Below, one piece after another: positions 49,296 through 57,828 of a DNA stretch of 64,000 nt. How positions within the stretch are numbered: position 1 is the stretch's first letter; every line of letters starts with the position of its first letter. The stretch is from positions 8,522-72,521 of IMG/VR virus record IMGVR_UViG_3300035034_001216; one strand, given 5' to 3'. Origin of the DNA: a virus. A program made the translations under genes and the position numbers. The notes under the pieces are model-generated. The model did no database searches and was not told the DNA's origin. It saw only the letters and a list, made by a program, of their open reading frames with translations.

Positions 49296-51199
49296 ACTAT
49301 TTCTTTTTTCTCTTTTATAGCGAGTAAGGATCGTTCATAAATTGTATTATTCCTTAGTCGCTGGTTATTAATAAAGTTTAACATTCGATTTAACTTTTCT
49401 GATGAAACTGTAGATAAAGAATCTGAAGCAATGTCACTAAGACCGTTTTCTAATTCTTTAAAAAAGCTCTTAAAAGATATTCCACCAAATATAGCATCAA
49501 GACGTAACTGATGTTCCCAGATAGCATTATCTCTAAAACTATCTAATTCAAACTCATTGTCTAGATTTTCAGCAAAGTTTTCGTATTCCTCTGTAAGCTT
49601 TCTGACATATGCAACGTTTGTAAGCAAATCTTTAGCTGATACATTCATTGTAATATGACGATAATCCAGATGATAAGGAGTTACAAGAACTTTTCCTGAA
49701 GTAAACCTTTTTCTTATTGAACATTTTATGAATTTATCATCAATTAACAAGATACCAGTAGAAAGCTTAGTGGGTTTTATTTCCTCACCTTCTTCTTGAA
49801 ATAATTTTTCAAGTTCTTTTTGTCTTTTCTCCTTTACAAACGGAGATAAGCTTTGTGTAGATTTAAAAGGAATTAAACTTGTTTGTTTTTTACTAGTCAA
49901 ATTGTTTTCAATTTCTTTACTAGCTTTTTCATCTAAGAATTTAATAAAACTAGGTGCTATAAATTCTTCAATCTTCAAGTCTTTACCGCATACACTTTTT
50001 ATTTCTAATTCAGAAGATGCTTCGGAGATAGTCATTTTATGTTTACGTTCGAAATTCTTAGCAAACGTTTCATCTATTTTAATAAATATATGTAAATGAC
50101 TATCTTTTTCATCACCAGTATGAAAATTTAAATATCCTACTAGAACATCTAATTTCTTATCTTGAAATGCAAAGAAATTGGTAAAATTAAACCTTCTATA
50201 ATCACTTGTTAAGAAACCTATATGGTCACCGCCTTTTGATTGAGAGAATATAAAACTAACATTGTCTTGATAATTTTTAACAAGTCGTTTATGTTCTTCA
50301 ATCAATTTAAAAGGAATAAATAATTTACTACCTTTAAATTCAGTTTCAATATATTTTTCCCTCGTATTTATTGTTTTTACCTCCCCGATTTCTTTTAGTG
50401 TAACGGATATTTCTTCCTCCAAGATCAACGCGTCCTGTACCGTCGTATTGTACTGTTTGCTTGTTTCGCTGGACGCGGGTGACTTTTTTGCTGGTTCAGG
50501 CTTTTTCCAAGGACTTCTTGTAATCTTCTGAAAAGAAAGTAATTCTCCATCTTTATAAGTATAAAGCTGATATTTATCAAGTTCTTTGATATTTTTACAA
50601 CCTATTGACTGTAACGGATGACCTTCTGAAGAGAAATATAAACCTTCTTCTCGTTCTCCAACATGAAGAGGTCTTCCATCATCATGATATACATGAAGAG
50701 TTCCATCTTTCTTAATAGCCATCATAGCTATAGCACCTTCATACACTTCAAGAACTTCTTTGAAATCCTCATTATTAAATAGTTTGTATAAAAGTCTTGA
50801 ATCAGATATATCTTTTCCTAAACTATTACGTTTTGGAATGTCAGTATTCTTTTCTGCAAACTTATCATACATATATTCATGATTCAACAAAGTACCATTA
50901 TGTACACCTGATATGTGTTCACCAATAAAAGGATGAGCATTAGCTATTGTATTTTGACCTACTGTTTTGGCTCTTGTATGACCTATGAATATATTTCTGT
51001 CATCATGTATCTCTGGGTTATTTACGTTATATTGAAAACCTGATATAATGTCTTTATGCATAAAGAAATCGTTATCTTTTAAAGTTAAGATTCCTGTTGA
51101 ATCATAACCTCTAGATACATTATATAGGCAAAGTAATTTTAATGCATTACTATTTGCTTGTTTGTCTTTTTTTCCTATGAAACCATAGATACCACACAT
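49292..51199 (-). CDS. class II (Ntn) glutamine amidotransferase domain with long C-terminal extension
   Basis: MCGIYG, RGYDSTG, GHTRAKT, NAHPF, VHNGTL, SDS and FSSE. Confidence 0.88.
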   Translation of the reverse strand: MCGIYGFIGKKDKQANSNALKLLCLYNVSRGYDSTGILTLKDNDFFMHKDIISGFQYNVNNPEIHDDRNIFIGHTRAKTVGQNTIANAHPFIGEHISGVHNGTLLNHEYMYDKFAEKNTDIPKRNSLGKDISDSRLLYKLFNNEDFKEVLEVYEGAIAMMAIKKDGTLHVYHDDGRPLHVGEREEGLYFSSEGHPLQSIGCKNIKELDKYQLYTYKDGELLSFQKITRSPWKKPEPAKKSPASSETSKQYNTTVQDALILEEEISVTLKEIGEVKTINTREKYIETEFKGSKLFIPFKLIEEHKRLVKNYQDNVSFIFSQSKGGDHIGFLTSDYRRFNFTNFFAFQDKKLDVLVGYLNFHTGDEKDSHLHIFIKIDETFAKNFERKHKMTISEASSELEIKSVCGKDLKIEEFIAPSFIKFLDEKASKEIENNLTSKKQTSLIPFKSTQSLSPFVKEKRQKELEKLFQEEGEEIKPTKLSTGILLIDDKFIKCSIRKRFTSGKVLVTPYHLDYRHITMNVSAKDLLTNVAYVRKLTEEYENFAENLDNEFELDSFRDNAIWEHQLRLDAIFGGISFKSFFKELENGLSDIASDSLSTVSSEKLNRMLNFINNQRLRNNTIYERSLLAIKEKKEIV

Positions 51200-51217
51200 A
51201 TTATGTTATTTTAATTA

Positions 51218-51631
51218 TTAATAATACTTATTTTTGTAATCTGAAAAATCTCCTGTAGGTACTGCATCTCCTTGTATTCCATTATGGTTTAAGAAATACA
51301 TCCATGCCTCTTCAACGTCGCCATGTTCACTATCATCGAGGACGATCTGTGTCATCTTACGAGTGTAAAAGTCTGGATGACCTTCAAGACCGTCTAAAGG
51401 ACCTAATAATGTTGATTCTTCTACTTCATATAGTTCTCCAACTATAGTAGAGTCATTACCATCATTCAATTCTTGACTTACAAATGGAAAACCACCACTT
51501 CTCATATTAAAAGTGCCTACTGTTTTTCCTTTCCCCATAAATTTCAGGTTGGGGGCACCTGCTAAGCAAGCGTTATGATTTCCATAACCCTTGCGAAGCG
51601 TACCGTATACAAATACTTTTTGTCTACTCAT
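51218..51631 (-). CDS. gamma-glutamylcyclotransferase (AIG2-like)
   Basis: VFVYGTLRKG, GELYEV, LDGLEG and AWMY. Confidence 0.9.
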   Translation of the reverse strand: MSRQKVFVYGTLRKGYGNHNACLAGAPNLKFMGKGKTVGTFNMRSGGFPFVSQELNDGNDSTIVGELYEVEESTLLGPLDGLEGHPDFYTRKMTQIVLDDSEHGDVEEAWMYFLNHNGIQGDAVPTGDFSDYKNKYY

Positions 51632-51632
51632 A

Positions 51633-52595
51633 TTAAAGTTTACTGTTAATAATTTCTGGCATAGCTTCTACGTATGCCTTTAGTGTTCCATCACCAAATG
51701 AAGGTGATGAGTTAATTTCAACGATAAAGAATTTAGGATCTTTACGTTTGTTTCCTTTGTACATGCTACCTTGAACACGTACATCTACCGCACCAATATC
51801 AAGTCCTACCGCTTTAAGACTTTTCTTAGACTCGTTTACAATCTTATCCCAGTTTACAGGACGATCGAACGCAGGGTTATCTTCTGTATACCATACACTA
51901 TTACTATCATTACGATAGAAACGTTCATCTTCATGTGTATCAGATTTCAACATTTTTCTGTTGGTGTAAATTACACCATTTTCAGAAACGTGAATTCTAT
52001 ACTCACGTAAATAGTTATGATACTTTTCAAACAAGTAACCACCAATCCCAATATTAGTATCTTTGATACCCATATCTTCATGATCTTTGAATTGTTGGAA
52101 GTTGGTACAGAAAGTCTCAAGCTCATCTACTGTTTCAAATAAAACAATACCAAGACCTTTAGAACCTTTACGTACTTTACCAATAAATGGTGCTCCAATC
52201 TCTTCTAGTTGTTTTTTGGAAAGAAGAGTATCTTTACCTCTAAGATCTGTACTAAGATTGTTAGGATTTGAAGCATTTAACTTATGAAAAGTTCCATTTG
52301 TAATGTTAAATGTAAATGCTTCCGCAGTAATAACTTTATCTCTGTTGAAACAAGCTTTCATTCTAAACTTATCAGAAGCATTATCTGTAGCCTGAACACT
52401 GTTAAGAATTAAACGTTTGTGACCATCAGTATATTGATATCTTGATCCAAACATTATGCTTACTCTTTGAGGAAAAGTAATACCACTTTTCTTCATTGCA
52501 TCTTGCAATTGTTTGTTTGAGTTTTTAGATCTTACAACTGGTGCAAATTCTCTATTTTTTCTTACTTTATTATGAATACTTTTAAATCTAGTCAT
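51633..52595 (-). CDS. ATP-grasp ligase (RimK-like)
   Basis: DKFRMK, GSKGLGI, EYRIHV, GLDIGAVD and EINSSP. Confidence 0.85.
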   Translation of the reverse strand: MTRFKSIHNKVRKNREFAPVVRSKNSNKQLQDAMKKSGITFPQRVSIMFGSRYQYTDGHKRLILNSVQATDNASDKFRMKACFNRDKVITAEAFTFNITNGTFHKLNASNPNNLSTDLRGKDTLLSKKQLEEIGAPFIGKVRKGSKGLGIVLFETVDELETFCTNFQQFKDHEDMGIKDTNIGIGGYLFEKYHNYLREYRIHVSENGVIYTNRKMLKSDTHEDERFYRNDSNSVWYTEDNPAFDRPVNWDKIVNESKKSLKAVGLDIGAVDVRVQGSMYKGNKRKDPKFFIVEINSSPSFGDGTLKAYVEAMPEIINSKL

Positions 52596-52607
52596 TTTGT
52601 TTATTTT

Positions 52608-53384
52608 TTAAGCGTTAATTTCTTGAACTTCTTGGATTGTTGTTTCTTCTTTAACTTGAGTTGTTTGAAAACTATCAAATACGATCTTTTCGTATTTTTC
52701 TCCCAAGTATTTTTTATAATTGTTTACTACTTCTTGAACAATATCATATACTCTACCCATTTTTACAATATCTTTTAACCAAAAGTTAGATAGAGATCTG
52801 TATTCAAATCCGTAGTCTTTAAATCTGAATCTTCCGGGTGTACCATAGATATCTTTTCTTGATTGGTTGTTATCTTCTCTAACTACCATATCTAAAAATA
52901 GATAATCCATTGCTTTAACCATATCTACCACCACATCCATATCTTCTGATAATTCGGGTGGTAGCCCTACATGGACATGCCCACCTGCGTATCTTACACC
53001 ATCTTTGAATTCAATCTTAGGATTTTCATTCTTAGTGTAAGCTGATAAATCAGGATCACATCCTATTTCCCAGTCATGATCTTCTTTTAAGTCTTCTTTC
53101 TCAAAAGTCATAGAAGGTACAACTGATAGAAAATCATCTCCAATAATATCTTGCAGCTTTGATTTTCCTACAAGAATATTATTTATGAATCCTTTTTTAC
53201 TAGTAGCAGGTGGTATATTCAATTCTAACATTACATTGTCAGCATGAACAGCATATCCATTTTTTAAATCTTCAACATCGTCTTTTGTTCCCGGTGTAAA
53301 ATCTGCTGCTTTTTTTCCTTTCTGTGTATCTCTTCCTAAAATAAAAAATTCAGGATCAGTTCCTATTGTAAAGGATCTATTCAT
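52608..53384 (-). CDS. phiEco32-like COOH-NH2 ligase type 2
   Basis: TIGTDPEFF, DNVMLELN, GCDPD, GGHVHVG and YGFEYRSLSNFW. Confidence 0.88.
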   Translation of the reverse strand: MNRSFTIGTDPEFFILGRDTQKGKKAADFTPGTKDDVEDLKNGYAVHADNVMLELNIPPATSKKGFINNILVGKSKLQDIIGDDFLSVVPSMTFEKEDLKEDHDWEIGCDPDLSAYTKNENPKIEFKDGVRYAGGHVHVGLPPELSEDMDVVVDMVKAMDYLFLDMVVREDNNQSRKDIYGTPGRFRFKDYGFEYRSLSNFWLKDIVKMGRVYDIVQEVVNNYKKYLGEKYEKIVFDSFQTTQVKEETTIQEVQEINA

Positions 53385-53403
53385 TATAAATTAAAAATTT
53401 AAA

Positions 53404-54167
53404 TTATTTAATAGGGTTAACTATTTTTTCAACTTCATTGATATAATAATTATAATTGACATCATAATCTAAAAAATCAACTTGTTGAAAAAATTTATTA
53501 AAATAAGTAACAAGATATTTACTTTCTACTTCAAAAGATCTGTCATCTACAAATACACCATCAAATAGCGTATTCTCATATACAGATTCTTTCCCTTCAA
53601 GAGGTGGCATTTTCTTTATTAGTTTTTTACCATGATTAGAAATATAATACCTTACTGTTTTACTAGCTTTCTCTACTGTTTTATCAGAACTTAAAACATC
53701 TTTTAAAATGTAATGAGATCCTTTATTAGATTTAACTGCTTTACAAAAGTCATATATGTCGTCACATTCATAAATAGTCTTTTTATAGTCTATATTATGA
53801 ACGTAATAATCATATATTGCCTTTGCTACAATTATCATAGAATGATTCTTATGAGGCTCACGGTTATAATCATACCAACCTTTAAGTTTCACTCTATCGT
53901 CTACTTTTTCATTTCCAGTTTTGATTGCTAGGTAATTATTTACATTACTCATAACAAGTAAGTCATAAAACGTTTCTTCTAAAACAAATTTCGTTTTATT
54001 TTCCCATTGTCTTTGTAATGATCTAAATTCATCTAACCTTTCTTTACTAAATAGTACAACTACACCATCAGTATTAGCAGATAAAACAGAAAATCCTGAT
54101 ATATCAAGATCTTCTATAAGCATTAACAATGATAATTGACCAATAGTGGTCGTTTGGATTGTTACTA
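53404..54167 (-). CDS. polB: family B DNA polymerase, exon 2 (extends 38 nt upstream of the annotated TTG start)
   Basis: Frame is open back to (L)VTIQTTTIGQLSLLMLIE and contains motif C SANTDG, NVNNY and KLKG. An in-frame TAA lies directly upstream. Confidence 0.88.
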
Positions 54168-54200
54168 CTTACCACACTCAGTCACCTGAGCATAATAAAA

Positions 54201-54833
54201 TTACGTTAATTTATCAGCAACTGTTTCTCTGTTGAATATCCATATTTTAATGAAATTTCTACTGTTATTATTATAAGCAGGTTCTGTACATGTTTCGCAC
54301 ATTTCAGTAAGACATCCATCTAATATTGCCCATTCATTTGTCACACCTATCGGTTCATTTTTTGTACTTTGTCCGCCAGAAGTCATGTTGGTAGATACTA
54401 GAGTAAAAGCTGGACATTTTGTTAGTATCCTATCAAGAATCATATTTTGAAAAACCCATTTTATAAGTTTTTCTTCTATAAATTCTTTGTTATACAAAAC
54501 ACCTTTAAGTTCAGAAATCATATTAGGTATTAATGTCGCAGATGAGTATTTTAAAGATGGATTATCTCGAGTCCCTTTCAAAAATGAAACTATTCTGCGA
54601 GATTCTCCATAAGCTGAGTTGATACCTGACATTTGGAGAGCACCACATGATATGTCAGTGCCTCCTACTCCTAAATGTTTATTGCCTGAGTAATTTATTA
54701 GTTCTTTAATACGAGATAAAACTTCAGGATTATCTTTTAATGTCTCAGGCGTTAGCTTTGAACTTTTTTTTTCTTCTACTTTTAGTACTTTCAATTTGCT
54801 CATAATAAATTGTTTTTTTTGTTTTGATTTCAT
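54201..54833 (-). CDS. intron-nested hypothetical protein (P9 region; 210 aa from MKSKQ)
   Basis: Track ORF 54201-54905. Its upstream part overlaps P8/S, so the A-rich-preceded ATG at 54833 (or 54803) is preferred. No homing-endonuclease motif. Confidence 0.7.
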   Translation of the reverse strand: MKSKQKKQFIMSKLKVLKVEEKKSSKLTPETLKDNPEVLSRIKELINYSGNKHLGVGGTDISCGALQMSGINSAYGESRRIVSFLKGTRDNPSLKYSSATLIPNMISELKGVLYNKEFIEEKLIKWVFQNMILDRILTKCPAFTLVSTNMTSGGQSTKNEPIGVTNEWAILDGCLTEMCETCTEPAYNNNSRNFIKIWIFNRETVADKLT

Positions 54834-54864
54834 AATTTTATTATTTGTAGTCTGGACCATCTCA

Positions 54865-55176
54865 TCAACCGCATTCAATGTCACATGTAGGACTATTAAG
54901 TCCACATTTACATTTAATTTTAGGTTGCTCGTTGTTGGCCTCTACGCCGTTTTCTAATTTTTCACATAAACTAATAACTTCTTCATCATCACCATAAGCG
55001 CATAATGCTTCTAAAATTAATTTAATGTCTTTATTATCAAGTGACGGCACGGGATTGTCAAATTTTTTAAGTACTATTTTACAAAAGTCTACTTCAAATT
55101 GCTTTTGGAGATCTTCTTGAACTGCTTTTATATAATCAGGATTTTCATCTGATTGAAATTGTACTATAATTTTCAT
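54865..55176 (-). CDS. intron-nested 103-aa ORF overlapping the ribozyme core (L5 to P8)
   Basis: ATG after an A-rich leader. DNPVP is encoded by Q, GVEAN by R, and the stop TGA lies at the end of P8. C-terminal CKC...CDIEC. Confidence 0.55.
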   Translation of the reverse strand: MKIIVQFQSDENPDYIKAVQEDLQKQFEVDFCKIVLKKFDNPVPSLDNKDIKLILEALCAYGDDEEVISLCEKLENGVEANNEQPKIKCKCGLNSPTCDIECG

Positions 55177-55202
55177 ATTTTTTTTAAATTTGAGTTTCCC
55201 CG

Positions 55203-55375
55203 TTAGCTAATATTAAATTCTGTTAAATATTTACATTCTGATTTTTTACCACCACATTTAATTATCTCATATCTTTTTGATAATTTACAATTACATGATG
55301 GTGGTCCACAATGTGAACCGGGTATATAACTTCCATTACCACACCCATCATCATAATGTTTACATTTTTTTTCAT
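55203..55375 (-). CDS. intron-nested small ORF; the Cys-rich frame needs one extra A in the A8 run after the ATG
   Basis: ATG-A8-TGT. In frame it gives a ~37-aa peptide (MKKNVNIMMM...). The shifted frame gives KCKHYDDGCGNGSYIPGSHCGPPSCNCKLSKRYEIIKCGGKKSECKYLTEFNIS*. Confidence 0.35.
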
Positions 55376-55458
55376 AATTTTAATATTAACCCCTCTTTCG
55401 AGGATTCCGAGTTATTCGAAGTACATTACTGTACTAAGCCGCTAGTTTGACTTTATTA

Positions 55459-56247
55459 TTAAATCGTTTTAAGAATATTGTATATAGTTAAATAATTTCC
55501 TTCAACTAATGCTTCCATGATAGCTTTTTGTTTGACTTGAGGAACTCTGCAAGAAATAAGCCTTTTAACCTTCATATACGCCTGAAGAGTTCCATCTTGC
55601 ATCCTGATTTTAAACTCATTTTTTGATTTAAATAGTATTGGAAAATTAATAGTTGAGTCCAATCCATTTAACTTATCAAAAATGACCCCTGCATTATAAG
55701 TATCAGAATAAAAGGAAGGTCTATTCTTTTGATATAAGCTCAAAACCAAAGCATCATGAAACTCATATTTGTTTTTCATGTGATTTGTTAATGATTTCCA
55801 TACAGTATAAGGATTTCCATAAGATTTGTTAAACATCATTGCCTGTCTTATAAAAATAAACATAAAATGCATTTCCCATTTCTGACCTATCTTTGATTTT
55901 ATACCATAACCAATAGATGCAAGTTCAGTACCAAATTCATAATTTATTTTAACTTTCTCAAGACCTAAATACTCAGCGATCTTATAAAGATAAATCCGGT
56001 CATAGTTTTTAATATTTCCGGGAATAGTTAAAATAATATTTTTATGTGAAAGGAAAGATCTAAAAACACTTTGACATCCAGATTGAGTTCCGTTCTGTAG
56101 GTTATTAGATCTTATAATGTCATGATATTTAACGTTATTAGCTTTTTCAGCATTTATAACAGATATAATTCTGTTTAAATCATTAAGTTTTATTGCTAAA
56201 TTACTCGTGTTTGAAATAGATGGTAATTGAGTTTTATATACTTTCAT
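55459..56247 (-). CDS. intron-nested hypothetical protein (L1 loop; about 262 aa from MKVYK)
   Basis: Track ORF 55459-56334. The ATG at 56247 overlaps the end of the previous gene. No HNH, GIY-YIG or LAGLIDADG motif seen. Confidence 0.7.
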   Translation of the reverse strand: MKVYKTQLPSISNTSNLAIKLNDLNRIISVINAEKANNVKYHDIIRSNNLQNGTQSGCQSVFRSFLSHKNIILTIPGNIKNYDRIYLYKIAEYLGLEKVKINYEFGTELASIGYGIKSKIGQKWEMHFMFIFIRQAMMFNKSYGNPYTVWKSLTNHMKNKYEFHDALVLSLYQKNRPSFYSDTYNAGVIFDKLNGLDSTINFPILFKSKNEFKIRMQDGTLQAYMKVKRLISCRVPQVKQKAIMEALVEGNYLTIYNILKTI

Positions 56248-56677
56248 TTTCTTGTATTGTTTGGTAATAGCTTGGGTTATTTGAAAATTCGTCGTTTTGA
56301 AATCTTTGTACTTCTGTTCCTCTACCTTGAGCATAATAAAACATTTTTCTATTTGTTTGACTACACCAAGTATATCGCCATCCTCCTTCTTTCCCTACTA
56401 GAGAAAATAATGAACATACAACTTCTGTAAGAGTGGCTTTAGGATAATAATATTTAACTATCATATAAATGTCTCCTAAAGATCTACGCTTTTTTGCTAC
56501 ACAAAGCACATCTTTTGTTTTTACATGTATTGTTCCATGTTTTGTTGTTAATTCTTGTAAAAATGCTATAATAAAATCATATACAGGCATTTTCTTTGCT
56601 TCTTTCTTATAGAATCCTTGTAATCTTATAGGATCATAATCATTTAATATTCTTTCTTCAATTTTATCTAAAGTCAT
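56234..56677 (-). CDS. intron-nested hypothetical protein (L1 loop, 147 aa)
   Basis: Starts 12 nt after the 5' splice site. Contains RRSLGDIYMIVKYYYP and WCSQTNRKMF; no homing-endonuclease motif. Confidence 0.7.
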   Translation of the reverse strand: MTLDKIEERILNDYDPIRLQGFYKKEAKKMPVYDFIIAFLQELTTKHGTIHVKTKDVLCVAKKRRSLGDIYMIVKYYYPKATLTEVVCSLFSLVGKEGGWRYTWCSQTNRKMFYYAQGRGTEVQRFQNDEFSNNPSYYQTIQENESI

Positions 56678-56689
56678 TTGTTTTAGTTA

Positions 56690-57818
56690 ACGGATCATAC
56701 ATCCATGAATACTTATCATTAGTTTTTCCAAAGCCACCACCGTTAAGTGATAGCTTATAACCATCTGCTTTAATTTTATCGCCTTGTTTTTTAGCTTCTA
56801 CTCTGTCATTTGCCAGAGTTTCGTAGCCTCTTAGCCATTCATGACCGAGGTGTTGTGGGTATAGATTATTATTTATAATTCCGAACGGATACATAGAAGC
56901 AACATCAATCTCTACAAGATATTCATCTTTTTTAGCTTTTAAATACCTTGGCTTATCATGTGAATGAATACCACCATTTTTTAGATTAAAGAAATTATCT
57001 CCAATCTGTATCTTGTATGTAATTTGATTCTTTGTACCCTCTAACACTCTAGATCTAAAGTCTTTCAATACATTATTAAGATTGTCAGTTCTGAACTTTA
57101 CAAAGGCAGGTATACAATCTTCCATTCGTATTGTTTTCCTATAAGTTCTTAAATCTTTGAACTTATAGTAACTTTTACCAGAGTGCTTAGAATAGAATAG
57201 AGCGTTAATTTTAGCACCAATTGCTACATCAGACATATTCATAGCATTAAAGTTAAACTCTGCTCCTATATCCTTCCTAAGCTGTATTGCTTTAGTAGAA
57301 ATAGGATTCTCATAAAACTCTTTAGTTGCTACAACATCATTTCTGTTATAGTAAATGATTTCATCAAATTGATCAGATGATACATAAGAATGTGGATCTA
57401 AAGGAAGATCCATTATATTTTTCATTCTTAAATAAAACTCAATCCATTTTAATGATGTCATTCTTGCTTTGTTATTATAATGGTGTATTTTAAATAAATC
57501 AAGATGTGGAATTATTAATCTTTCCCATTCATTTTCATTATTTATAATACTTAGTGACTTTTTATACATATTTGATAATAAATCTTTACTGGATATATTA
57601 TCAAGGAATGCATTAATCATCGGACCATCATAGTTTAAGCAATTAAAACCTACTAATGCTTTAACTCTATTCATAAGAAACGACAGATACTCAGATCTAT
57701 CATCTCTATCCTTATGAATAATAAAATATACTTCTTCATTAGTTGTACTATTTATAAAGAAAGCTGAATGAAAGTTTGGAAATTGTTCCAAATCGTATAT
57801 CCATACTCCTTTGTCCAT
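56690..57818 (-). CDS. polB: family B DNA polymerase, exon 1 (unspliced frame runs on to a stop at 56664)
   Basis: 3'-5' exonuclease motifs YDLE, GFN..YD and YNRND; motif A DVASMYP; motif B KLSLNGGGFGK. Ends at YDP and lacks motif C. Confidence 0.9.
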
Positions 57819-57828
57819 AGTTTATTAT

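Larger units (their letters stand above)
54168..56689 (-). ncRNA. group I intron (2522 nt) interrupting polB, with multiple nested ORFs
   Basis: Exon 1 ends in U and the intron ends in G. IGS ACUAGCGG (55439-55446) gives P1 with the U.G pair and P10. Other elements: P2 55420-55435; P AACGGGGAA 55196-55204; Q AAUCCCGUGCCGU 55044-55056; R ACGGCGUAGAGGCCA 54936-54950; S AUGAGAUGGUCC 54854-54865; P8 CAACC/GGUUG; P9 GCUCAG-GUGA-CUGAGU. Ligation is in frame. Confidence 0.88.

Noticed and set aside
54834-54905. Annotated N-terminal 24 aa of the 234-aa ORF
   Set aside because: This stretch overlaps the intron P8/S elements and ORF103. The ATG at 54833 has a typical A-rich leader and fits inside the P9 clamp.
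53404-57818. Split-intein, two-subunit or ribosomal-bypass explanation for the split polB
   Set aside because: There are no intein N- or C-terminal motifs (C/S start, HN-C/S/T end). Exon 2 has no proper start before its conserved residues, and 2.5 kb is far beyond known bypass gaps. A full group I element set with exact in-frame junctions explains the split better.
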